A DNA stretch of 64,000 bases, taken from positions 17,494 to 81,493 of the forward strand of contig JAUCBJ010007057.1 in assembly GCA_032718475.1 (NCBI GenBank). Direction: 5' to 3'. A program made the translations under genes and the position numbers. Below, piece after piece: positions 45,333 through 57,998 of the stretch. Origin of the DNA: Nemertoderma westbladi (lineage: Eukaryota; Animalia; Xenacoelomorpha). The stretch's first letter is position 1. Every line of letters starts with the position of its first letter. The notes beneath the pieces are model-generated. The model saw nothing but the letters and a program-made list of their open reading frames with translations. It ran no database searches and was not told the origin of the DNA.

Positions 45333-46638
45333 GACTATGTATACCGTTGAATGTCTACTGCTGTATTACAGTCTGAGCAAGTCTAGTAACTCAGTATTAA
45401 CTGCTAGCCTAATAATTAATTACCGGTACTGCTACTCAGTGTAGCGTGATATATATATAATATATTAGAATACCGGTATACTTATAGTATATATAAGTAT
45501 TATTACAGACTAGGTTTATCGCAGAATACCGGTATAATTTTAGCACAAGTATATATAAATATATAATAGGCCTATCGGGAATACCGGTACACAGCTTACA
45601 GTTTATAGTATATATAATTCTGGAATAGAATTAATTATAAGTACCGGTATAATTTCAGCCTAAATTTATAGAAATAAAGATAATAGGCCTATTGTAAATA
45701 CCGGTATATCAATTATTTTAAATAACTGAATTTCTGAATTTCAAGGGTTACTTGGTTACCTTACTTACTTTATTACCGTTATTTGAGCAGTAATCCAACT
45801 GATATTGAGACCTAATTGTTATATGGTAGGCCTACTATTTATAAATCGTTAGATTTGATTTATAATATATATATACCCGTTTTAATGGGTTTTGTCAATG
45901 TTTGAAATAAATGTTATTATTTCTGGGGAGTAATCACTACACAAAGCGGTGTGCTTTCAGTGAAGTGTTACTTATAGGACACTAAAATAAATAATTCTAA
46001 TTTACCTAAGTTACTTAATACTACAAATTACGTACAAGTCGGGTTGGGATTACAATCTCTAAATAAACACAAAAATTTACAAAAAACACAAAATACGAAT
46101 TTCAGGGTAATTTTACAAGAAGTCTACAAACCAGCCTAACAAAGGGTTAGAAAACCGGTTATTACAACGGACAGGGTACTACGGTATTTGAAATAATAAG
46201 TAGTAGTAAATACACTGCGTTGTCCAGATAGGAAAATACCACCGCCTGACGACCTATAGCCGTATCGCTATAGGTTCTACGTTATGTATCACGGAGTGTT
46301 CCTACCTAGAAGTTAATAGAGCTAATCGAACGTGCCTATCAACCACTTTACAACACAAATATAATGCCTACACTAATTACTTCGGAAAGTACTGTACACT
46401 AAACCCTAAATTAGGTACGAGTACTTGTACAACAGATAATCAGTAGTTAAATATACTTGAACAGCTAAAAGAACCACGGCATCTGCTGGAGTGACCGATG
46501 CACAAAATCACCAGTCTTTACCTACGCCGAGCAGCCCGTGTAGTACCGGGGTTAATTTAACTATAGCGGTATGTATAACAAACACAATTACTGTAGGAAC
46601 AAACTTAGGGAATGAATGTTGCGGATAATCGCATAAAC

Positions 46639-47213
46639 TCTGAATAATAAATATTACGCTACGCGTACAAACTACTCAAACAAAATACAGACCGAACACT
46701 GACAGACTACTATCAAGCCTAAACAAACTACGGTATATGCAGACTCCGAAATGATTAGGGAGTATGCGCTCTAACCCAGTAGTGCGACTTATTCTTTAGT
46801 TGGGGGTTTACCTTACAGCGTTCGCTGCCCCTACTGCCTAACCGTACTTAATCGGACAGATGATCTACACACGCTGCAATCCGTTCAGACCTAATAACAG
46901 CCAGACAACTATCCAGCCTACAAATTATCTAAATAAAATTATACGCTACCCGTACAGACTTACACAAACAAAGTACAGACTAAACGATGGCAGACTACTC
47001 TCAAGCCTAAATAAACTACAGGACATGCAGACTCCGAAATGATTAGGGAGTATGCGCTCTAACCCAGTAGTGCGACTTATTCTTTAGTTGGGGGTTTACC
47101 TTACAGCGTTCGCTGCCCCTACTTCCTAACCGTACTTAATCGGACAGGTGATCTACACACACTGCAATTCGTTCGGACCTAACAGCAATCAGACAACAGC
47201 TCAGCCTACAAAT
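46639..47213 (-). repeat. Two ~290-bp tandem units in the E2 5' leader
   Basis: Central segment GCAGACTCCGAAATGATTAGGG...GCCCCTACT is identical in both units. Confidence 0.9.
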
Positions 47214-47498
47214 CGTCTGTACAATCTGATCAGGCTTACACGCCTTCTGTTCAATACTGGCCTACAAATAAATAAAACTTGACAGAAATAAGTAAACCAT
47301 ATAAAGGAATAAGGGGTGATCAATCCCTAATCCCTCAAACAGCCTACCGGTATGCAACAATCAAATCGAATAATACTAGTGTACTTATACGGAAGTACCG
47401 GTTAGGACAGCTAGGCCTACGGACCTACAGAATGTACCGGTTCAGGTTTACCGGTTGACCGGTACTTTCAACTTTATTGCTTACTGCAATAAAGAAGC

Positions 47499-47510
47499 TA
47501 TATCCTTTAA
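47499..47510 (-). promoter_or_regulatory. Non-tRNA primer-binding site of E2 (TTAAAGGATATA in element sense)
   Basis: Abuts the 5' LTR; exact complement lies in the LTRs at 48251-48262 and 33528-33539. Confidence 0.75.
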
Positions 47511-48701
47511 TGTTCGCGCTTTCAGACCTTTGGCAGTTTAACCCGCCAAATTAAGATGTCTTCTAGATATTAAATCGGTTTTTAGTCTATGACAAGTATT
47601 TGATTCACTACACTAGTCGAAACCAATCTGTGCGCGACCATTCACCCGCTGGATATTCCCGGGAGATTGGGTTCGACGGTTTAATTTTATTGCTATGTAA
47701 GCCTAATGTATTATTCGACTGACAGTATTATATAATCTCTGACAATATTATTCACCTTCGGGAATATTAACAGTTCCTTTAGGACGTGGCGCTTTATCTA
47801 TATAAACAGAGTTATGACTTAAACTACTCACAACGATATGGCTTAATTATAATTCACATATATGGCGCATTCTTTAGGAATTGCTTCTTTAACAGACTCA
47901 CTCATACACAATGCTGCACAATACTGCACACTAATCTGCCAATCTTCACTGATTTTAGTCACATATAAAAGGAACACAGACTGACTCATGTAGGGTCTAT
48001 CAAATAACATTAGATTCACTTCAAACCACTTTAACATAAGTCACAATCGTTTATCTGTAACCCTTCTCTCTTACCTTCGGTATATCAAGAATATTGGGTT
48101 TCGGGGTTATTTATCGTTATTCCAAATATAATAATTCATCAACCATATTATGAAGAACTGACAGTAAATAGCAGTATAAAACAACAACTGAACACTGATT
48201 GTTATGAGTTTGCAATGTTTCAGCAGTCAGTATGTATGATCAGTTAGCAGTTAAAGGATATATGTCCTTATAATTAAACCTACTAGTGTAAGACTAAAAA
48301 CTGAAACACGGAGGTGCCAAAAGCCGGTTCTTAGGCTCTGGGCAAAAAACATAACACTGAACTACTGAGTTTCTGTATATACCTCCAACACAGAGACAAC
48401 AAACGCTCTGATTGGTCAACCTGAACAACGAGAGAACAAAGAAACAAAGAAACGTCGACGTGGCAATATCAGCTGCTAGCCGTCGTCATGGTAGCGACAC
48501 TGTTTTCAAGAGTATCGAGCTTTTACGTCACGAATTACGGATTATGTCCTCTAAAGTACAAATACAGAAGAAATAGCTTTTATGTCCGCTAAAACACCAG
48601 TACAGCAAGGACACGGCCTTTTTATGCCTGGTAAACCAACTACAGAGTATTTTACGGAAAAATAAGGAAAATAACCGGACAATTCAGCAAAAGCTTTTAC
48701 A
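47511..48701 (-). repeat. E2 5' LTR (1191 bp)
   Basis: Direct repeat of 32789-33969; differences concentrated in the outermost ~50 bp. Confidence 0.97.
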
Positions 48702-51700
48702 CCCGCTTGGGGGTGTATTTATTGCAATTATTATTATTATACATAAATATATTAATACAAATTAACGCGTTTACATTGACAACAAAAACATTTAATATTT
48801 AACGTAATTTGAACGTTAAGATTGTAACTGAGTTGTAACTGGCAGTAAATTTGTATTATACTTCTTCTGTTTTGGATACAATTAGCAATAGAACAGGACA
48901 AACCTAACTTGATTTATGTTATTCCTCATATACCTAAATGACTCCAATGACTCCTCAATGACTCTGTACTGTTTCTACACTATTATACTATCCCTTCCCT
49001 TGGGATACAGAGACAGGAGGTAGATTGAGTCACATGTGGATACTGCATGCGTATAATTACTGTACGTTATCTAAAGTATGATACCTCCAGTGACCAGGGC
49101 GCGCTCTACATTTCAGAATTACTGTATGTGTATAACCCCATGGGCCTTGCTGTTGAAAACAAACAGAACACATCCGTGGAGTCAGCTGTGTGTTAATGGT
49201 AGAACATTAAAGAACCCCTACACTAAACCGAGAGAAAGCCGCCCCAATATTAGATTATTACAACAACATATCCATTGGGTAAGAAAGTGGAGGAGAGCCA
49301 GCCCGTCTCTTAATTTTTTACTTTATATTACGCGATCAATTTTCCCTCATCTCGTCATGAACCCAACATGACGTATGTAACCTTTTGTTAAATTTGTTGG
49401 CTATGCGTTTGCGGTTATTTGGGCGGAGTGTGGTAGGCCTACACTTTTCACACTTAAATATTTTGGTTGTGAAATGTTACAGGGCATAGCGATCTGAGAT
49501 ATTTCATTTATATTTTATTATGAGAGGAAGAAGAACATACAACGTTATTTACTATATATGTAACAAAATAATTGTTTTCGGGTTTAACTTGGAAGCCTCC
49601 CCAAATAGTTGATATACAATTATATTTAAAATTATTTCCATGGTCATGGTCATTCACCCGTCTTTAATTAGAAATTTGTTTGCATGAAAGACAGTTTAGT
49701 TTAGTTTTTACTGATTTATTATCTCTTATCTGACTGGGGTAATAATAAAGAATAGGATAAATGGAAGCAAAGTGTGACAGTAACAAATATTTCCCCGTCA
49801 CCCTAGCATGTCTTAAGTATATGATATATCAAAGGGGGAAGTTTGGATTCACTGCATAAATGAAGTTCACCAAACTTCCCCCGAATGCACACTGTAACTT
49901 CCCCCTTCCCCCAAATATCCACTGTTGAATTAATTTGAAGCGATATAATAAGTACAAAATTGTGCGAGTTTTTAATTGTGTGGTCCAATTGTTATTTGAT
50001 TTCTATTTATTATTTAAAGTGCATTTAATATCACACTGGTTTTTAGAATATTATACTATACAACCTTATGTTTTATTAATTTACCCAATCGAAGCCTCAT
50101 AAGGGCCGGTTATTTGTACGCATATCCCCTAATGCGCTCAGTAAGGTTCAAACAACATATTAATATGAAAATAAAGTATCTGCAAAGAAAAGAACCCAAT
50201 ACTATATAATTTGACCTTATTAAAAAATTTGCACTTTTGCACACTTATTTGTATAGACATTTTATAGACTATTATTATAGACATAAAAAGTTAAACAAAT
50301 GTTACAATTATAGTTAGAAATCATTCCAAACTACATTTTAATCCAAAAAATAACATTCTACGATGAATAGAACTGGAAATAACAGTGTTTTGAAATATCG
50401 AAAAAATGTTCACTATTTAAGTGCATTTTGCACTAAGTGCACATAAGTCTTTTCCCAAGTTTTATCCTATTTCACACACTACAATCTATCCTCTATCCAA
50501 TGAAAAAAGTTTCAGATTAAACGGCCCTGTAGAACCGAAGTTATTTATGTTTAAAAATAGTCACTCGAAAATTTCAAATTCTCTTGGTCACATAGTCTAG
50601 TGGTTATCAATCACGTTAATGAAACCTAAGTTCGTGGGTACGAAATCCAATATTGACCTGACCATTCTTAATTTTTTTGCAAAAAAAATTATTTTTATTT
50701 TTTCACTAAAATCGCTCTAACTTCGGTTCTGGTGGTCCAAATTCAATAAAATTGGTATATTCTTTGCCATAATTTTTTTCTTAATCTTTTGAGAAGGGGT
50801 TATTTTTGTCCCCAAAAAAATTAAAAAAAAGGGCCAAAATAACGCGATATTTTTCGACCCTTAAAATTCGTAATTTTAATTATATATGTTAAGATAAAAG
50901 ATAGCGGAGTTAATTTGATACTTTTTACAGGTACTTTTGGCGCAATACGCTAAATTATAATGGAATAGCGATTTGTTAAAAAAAAAATTTTCGTCCCTTT
51001 TTATAAATATTATATTTCACACGATCGCCTGCCGCTCCAGTTTTATAATACCTCCGGCGCTGTGATTAACGCTGTTAGATAGATAATTTAACGCACTATA
51101 AGTCTGTGTAAACAAATCTCCCGTAAGTTAAGTAGTTTTCGAGCTAGACGATTTCCCGCGAAGCAAGTTTGAAGCGCGAAATTATAATTTTGGCCCTCAT
51201 TTTTTTAATATCATCCTTGGAGCAAAACCGATAGCATATTTGAATTCCCCGTATGGATATTGACTGTATAGAATGTACCTTAACCAACTAAAGTTAAAAA
51301 TAAAAAATTATTCGATAAAAACTACTTTACAAATTCTGGCCCTTTTTGGCCCCTATTGCCGACATATTTTTTGTACCCCCATTCGATAGGAACGTAGCCC
51401 CAATGGTCTTCTACGAGTTTCATAAAAGAATTAGTGGATTCCTACCCGCGTTGTCGAATTAAACATTTCGGAAATAAGTTTTCCAAAAAAGACGGACAAA
51501 AACGTACAAATTTACAGCCCCTTTTTCCACCCGAAATTTTAATAAATATCTTACCCCCATTCGATACGAAGGTAGTACCACTCTTCCCCTTTCCAACCGC
51601 GTTACTTTCGTCCCCGTACGATTAATATTAGCCGAGTTATAGCGGATCCCGCAAAGTCATTTTGTCCGTTTTTTCAACTTTGACGGACATTTTCGGAAAA

Positions 51701-52561
51701 AAGGCGTGGTAATCTTTTTTGAAAAAAAAAACGAATTCACTAATTAATCCCTTCTATCGTATCCCGGCGTCGGCTAAGCAATAACCTAGGGTTTTTTCGA
51801 GCCACTGTAGAGCGCCTTTCAAAAAAATTTTAAAATTGTCGAAAAAATGACGGATTTTTGTCCGCCGTGTCCGTCGAAGGGTTAGATTTAATAATGTTAG
51901 AGTTGCTAATATCTTAGAATTCCGAGCCGCTCCCCTGGTGAGAAAATAAAAAAATTTGGTCTGTTCCTTCATCGAAAAGTCCCCCAGAATCCCAAGTTAA
52001 CCTATATAGTTAGCGATGGCCTGCGGCTTTAGGAGCGGCCGCGGTATTCACCTCCCTCATAGCGGCCGCGGCGGTGTTGCGTCAAATGGAGAAATATTTA
52101 TCCCACCAAGCCAAAAGATAATAATATAATTATAAATTTAAGAGACAGGTGGGGAAACTGGACACAAATCCCATCTTGGCGAATTAATGTCCCGCCTCAA
52201 TATTAAATTCTCAATTTAGGAGCAGGTTACAGTGTCACGTTATTTTAACCAAAACAATAAACTCAATAGAACAGGTTGCAGTTTTATTTTTGAGAGCAAT
52301 CAGCTGTTATTTGCGTCGAATTTCCCCTGGAGATGGATGAAGTTTTATTGCGTCGGAAGTTCCCCCCCCCCCCCCCCCCCCCCCTCCCCCAATTGCATCA
52401 ATTAATTACTGGTGTATAGGGCATAGGCAGTTACTTAAGCTAATACAATATTTACTAATACTTTACAGTCCCATAAAATGCAAACTATTTTATTATATAT
52501 GTTACGGAATCGCAAACTACCAACTAATTTATTAATTAATACGTATCCGAATCCTAGTAAA

Positions 52562-53032
52562 CCTACCTAAGTCAGTAAGGCCAACCTACCTAAGTCAGTA
52601 AGGCCTACTTAAGTCAGTAACGCCTACCTAAGTCAGTAAGGCCTACCTAAGTCAGTAAGGGCTACCTAAGTCAGTAAGGGCTACCTAAGTCAGTAAGGCC
52701 TACCTAAGTCAGTAAGGCCTTCAGTACCTAACTCAGTAAGAACTACTACCTAAGTCAGTAAGACCTACCTACCTAACTAAGTCAGTAAGACCTACCTAAG
52801 TCAGTAAGACCTACCTAAGTCAGTAAGGCCTACCTAAGTCAGTAAGGCCTACCTAAGTCAGTAAGGCCTACCTAAGTCAGTAAGGGCTACCTAAGTCAGT
52901 AAGGGCTACCTAAGTCAGTAAGGCCTACCTAAGTCAGTAAGGCCTTCAGTACCTAACTCAGTAAGAACTACTACCTAAGTCAGTAAGACCTACCTACCTA
53001 ACTAAGTCAGTAAGACCTACCTAAGTCAGTAA
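52562..53032. repeat. 19-bp minisatellite CCTACCTAAGTCAGTAAGG
   Basis: Tandem units; an irregular variant block recurs 225 bp apart (52721 and 52946). Confidence 0.95.
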
Positions 53033-53284
53033 CTGAAAACATATACAGTAGAAACTGCACGGCAACATCTGAACACCTGAAGACCAGTCAGTTATATTAT
53101 GCTTAATATATATTGACTGAATTGTCCAGCTTTCGAAAAATAATTACTTTCAAAATAACACTAGCTATGAATTTGCACTAATTTTTTACACTCATTTTTT
53201 ACAAACTTCGTGTGAGTTACTTGGTTTGGGCTTATGATCTGTATAGGGTATATTATGTACGCCATAGTATAATATAGTATAGTA

Positions 53285-53595
53285 TATATAGTGGGGCGAG
53301 CGAGGAAAGTAAGCGAGCTTAGCATACAGGTACCACTAACTCAATCGGTGTGTCTGTTGTTCTGTTGATCTGTTGCTCTGTTGATCTGTTGTGTCCAATT
53401 TTAAACGTTAATAACTCAGCCAAATCTCGATAAAATATATCCAAACTTGGTACATATGTAGTCTGGCAAAAGTTTAGAAATTTTCCAAGTTGAATTTGCG
53501 TGGAGTCTTCATGCAGCATCTGAGTAACTGTCTTGCAGTTATAATAAATTTATATATCCAAAAATTATTAGGCTTGGCATTAGCTGGTTTCTAGT
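53285..53595 (+). mobile_element. Possible non-autonomous Helitron-like interspersed repeat
   Basis: (TCTGTTG)n-like microsatellite near the 5' end, CCAAACTTGGTACA core and CTAG|T end; pattern resemblance only. Confidence 0.3.
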
Positions 53596-56039
53596 TCTAG
53601 GAAACTGCAGGATATATCAAGTGGGTTTGAAATTCAGCAATACCGGTACAATGCGGCAATGATGTGGCCTTGGGAAGTGTGGTAGGCCTATTTCACTTTC
53701 AGCCACTCCAGCATTTCCAGATTGCAGAGTTGAGAGTACGACACCGGTACAATCTGCTGTTGCTGTATGTGGTAGGCCTAGCTTTCTAGACTGGTTGTCA
53801 GTCTGTCAGTGTGGTACTGCTACTGCATTATCTGAGTCCTGTAATTGCCTGAGTGATGTCTGAATTGCGATATCGCGACTATTCAGCCATATCATGTACC
53901 GGTACGGTACGGTTCTTTACCGCTACCTTAATCTTATTAAACATATGTTTTACAGTACGTGACTGGTACTGTTACAGTGGTACAGAGTTACCGGTACCGT
54001 CTTCAGGTTATTGGCGCCACCCAACCCACCAATCGGCTCTGCAACAGCAACCATGCAGCCATGGAAGTTTTGAAATTAGGCGGACTTAAGACAGACTGAC
54101 ATATTGTCAGGTTATACCAGCTGACCTTTATTCCATGTTTGGGTATCCACGACTGCACTAGGTACCCCAAGAGCCCAATACTGCAATGCCCAGCAACGTT
54201 TTGTAATTGTACCGGTACTCAAACAACTCGCCATCAAGGCCACTGCCGCTGTCTGTCGCAGTGTCGTGGGCGACCTTGACTTTTGGTATCGCTACTGCAC
54301 TAGCGCTACGGGCAAACTGGACTAACCGATGAGCGAGACCCGAGGACTGAAGAATGCATTGAATTTTTTGAGTAGTTTGACTGTAGACTTCTATGACATC
54401 GATGCCAAGCTGCTAATGCGAAAAAAAAAATTTAAGTAAAAGTTTGGTTAAATTTTCTTAAATATTTATTTAAATTTCTTAAGAACCGATTTTGGGATAG
54501 AATTGCTCAATTTTAATCTGTATCTAATAACTGAACCTCATCCTGCGCGATGGCCCCACGAACGTGTATAGTATAGAATATAGTAGGCCATGGCGAAATT
54601 ACAGTAAAGTGAACCTACCGAATATGATACTGCTGATATTAGTGATATTATGACTATATGATACTATGACTGGGATTGCCGTATACTACAACACAACAAA
54701 ATGACGTATATAAATATTAATAAAACTGGGTATGCCTAGTAGTGTAATACTATTTTACACAGATTTGTACTAATATTTATAATAGCTAATAATTTATGTA
54801 TTCCACATTCATGTTCTAAATGAAAATCGACTTAAAGTAAAATAATAACAAAATTGAAAGAAAAATATTTTATATTAAATATAAAGTCATTAAGAAACAG
54901 TGGAACCGAACCGCCTTTTTCTTTATCTAATATGAAGAAAGATTGAGCTTATTGTAGATGATTAAAGCTAACTATACATTCAGGCGATGCGATGCAATGT
55001 CAACTAGCTAGTAGAGTCGTTACCCACTCCAGATTCTCGTCTGTATTCTATCCCTCCCTTACCAAGCCAATAATATAGATAGTATTTATCACGCATTGCT
55101 ATTTGGCTGTAAATTATGACGTGAAGATCATCACGTCACATTTTCACAACCTTTTAACATATTTTCAACACTTTTTTTTCCAAACAACTCAATGTCGGAG
55201 TGATTTGTCCTGTTGTCTGCTATAGGACATTGTAAGATCAGTATGACCTGACCAAGTATCTTGACCAACATAATACAACAGCACTAATGGATGTTATTCT
55301 TTGAAACATTAAGTTAAATATATAATCAAGTTTATAAAATGAATCGTCTCTTGATTGCATTTGCTCGCTATTTATTGTGGATTAGTGTCATGTGTTATAC
55401 CATCAGTTACAGGAAAACCCAACGGTTGTCGGATAAGATATATCCCCAGGGAAATATTCGCTGAGAACGGCCTATCAAATTGTTGTTCAGTTGTAAATCC
55501 ATCATTAGTATGTGATGGAACAACCGAGTCCTGCATAATAAATATACTTCACTTTTATACTACCTAAGCGATCTCAGGGATTGTCCATCCTCTCCTCCTT
55601 ATCAATTACCCCTTGTTTGCTCAAGTAAATAATTGGTACTTCAGGCAAGTTACAGCGATCTTCCCGTTCAAATTTCGGCCAGTTTCTCGGAAGAAACTGT
55701 TTTACTAATCGCTACAATGTAATTTGTATTTCAAATTTAAAAAAAGTATTACTATATTATATAAAATATATATCACGGAAGATACCGCGGCACAGAGGAA
55801 TAAGTTGTTCGCTCGTAATCTGCACTAAGAAACGCAATATTTCACAATCGCATTTCTTTTGTTGAATAATTTTCATGGCAACTTTTTAAGAAAAAAATAA
55901 AAAAAGCAATGGTTGTCAAATATTTGTACGTTTCGTCCTAAGTAGAATATGAAAATTTGGTGCAGTATTCATTGCTGGGGGATTTGGTCTGGATAATAAT
56001 TGGGCTTGGCCCTAGCCAAATAAGTTGGTCCAACCCAAA

Positions 56040-56760
56040 GAAGGGCAACCTAACAACCCGTGGATCTTTTCGCAGAAGTTCAAAGCTATACAACAGAATT
56101 ATATTAAACCGCATCAAGGATCCCATTGAGAGACTTACGTGGGAACCAAAATGGATGGAGCCTATTCTGGCACTTAGAAGGATAATCGAAGAGATATCAA
56201 CAATGAAAGACAGACATCTGGCTATTATCTTTGTTGACTTCTTTAATAAGGCCTTCGACTCAGTCACCCGACCACGTATGTTTAGCATACTGGCAGCATA
56301 TGGGATTCATGAGGAAATTAGTACAGCTATAAAGATCACTGTGCGATGGTTCCACCACATTTGTATCTACTGCTGATTGTGACGCAGATCCTTTCGAAGT
56401 CTTATGGGAATCCTTCACGGTGACACACTTGCACCATTCTTATTCGTAGTTGTGGTTGATTATGTTCTACGCATGTCCTTAGTTTAGTTAGTTAGTTAGT
56501 TAGTTCTTAGTTAGTTCTTAGACAATCTTAATAAAGATGTGGTGATGGTAACACCCGCTACTGGCACAAGAAGTAGAGGAAATCCAGCAAAGTACCTTAC
56601 TGATCTAGACTTTGCTGATGACTTAGGGGTACTGTCAGAATCACTGGAGGGAGCCCAAGGCTCCTCTGCTCATTGGAGCAGGTTGCTTATAGTGTTGGTC
56701 TTTTTGTTAACTCCAAGAAGACCAAAATCATGACAGTGAACCTAGACGGCCCGCAAGAAA
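56040..56760 (+). pseudogene. Degenerate non-LTR (LINE, RTE-like) reverse transcriptase fragment
   Basis: KLYNRIILNRI, IFVDF..KAFDSV, GILHGDTLAPFLFVVVVDYVLR, LTDLDFADDL and VNSKKTKIM spread over several frames; (TTAG)n insertion near 56480-56521. Confidence 0.85.
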
Positions 56761-57371
56761 TGTCTGATCTTGAAATAATCAAATCAAAAAAATGAAATAA
56801 TGATGAAATGTTATGATCTGAAATAATTCTTTGGGTTGAAAATATTTAAATTATTTGATATTAAATAATTAATTTCATTAATTTCGTTACAACATTAATT
56901 GATAGCAATAAATTATAAAATATTTACGACTCGACAATAAAGTAAACCGATATAATACAATAATTATATCGCTTAGAGATACATATTTTTATGCGCAGTA
57001 AACATATAACTGCATTTGATTTTACGTGAATGTCATTATTAGTATGTTGTAAACAGCTTTAAATACCTTGGGCATCTAATATATCATGTGATTTATCTGA
57101 CGATTTAGATATCATAGTGCAAACGTTTTTACGGTAGAGCGAATATGTTAATTAGGAAATTCGGTGCATGTACTTACTATGCACTGGACTATGTGAAAAC
57201 TACTTAATCCAACTCCCGTAGGAAATATATTATAAGCAGTCGGTGTTATAAACTACGAGTTGCTACAAATAAATCAATGATGACGTATTTTAAAATATAA
57301 CTTTATATCAGTGAATTGGATGAGATCAATGAATGCATATAAGATTGTTACAGGAAATTCAACGTGATGCT

Positions 57372-57780
57372 TGTCCCGAAATAACACAGGGTAGTTGCGA
57401 TTTCCAGACTTAAAATAAACGCGATGGTTTGTTGTTACCGCGTATGTGTTTGATAGCATTTGGGAGAGCGATTTATATAATAAGGGGTTAAGTAAAAATA
57501 CTTCCTGATTCACTTATTCAATTAAGGGTATAGTATACATACATGTTGTTTAGGCCTATTTACTGACACCATGACAGACATACACAGCAGAAATCAACGT
57601 AGTCATAAGCAAGTTAAAAGAATAATAATAAAAACATAAACCGGTACCCACTTCATATCAGAATAACTGTAATCGGATAATTACTTACGTCATACTAAAA
57701 ATAACTTAAAAGAAGAGCGAGATTCAAAAACAAACGCTTTCTTATATAACAAAATACATAATGAAATAATATTTTGTACA
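57372..57780 (-). repeat. E3 3' LTR
   Basis: TGTCCCGAAA...TTTGTACA on the plus strand; repeated from 63598. Confidence 0.95.
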
Positions 57781-57998
57781 TTCCCGCCAGCCAAGGAATA
57801 AACTAAGTAAATATTTCCTCAATAAACTAATCATAAGAAATTTAACACATACAGTAAATAACTCAATAATTCCCCCAAAAACTAATTGTAAGAAAATAAC
57901 ACATACAGAAAATAACTCAAATTGCATAACATATACTAATGAACTTTGAAACATAGCACAATATATCAACTAAAATAGTTTACATAGAAAATATAAAT

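Larger units (their letters stand above)
32789..48701 (-). mobile_element. Full-length BEL/Pao LTR retrotransposon E2 (~15.9 kb), sister subfamily of E1
   Basis: LTR pair, perfect TSD CCCGC (32784-32788 / 48702-48706), PPT, and an intact 2703-aa gag-pol colinear with E1. Confidence 0.98.

Noticed and set aside
50200-52080. Large non-autonomous DNA transposon(s), including a degenerate piggyBac-like pair at ~51744-51884
   Set aside because: The composition is suggestive, but I could not define matching TIRs and TSDs.
48702-55950. Host protein-coding exons
   Set aside because: Only short ORFs without recognisable domains; small exons cannot be excluded without transcript data.
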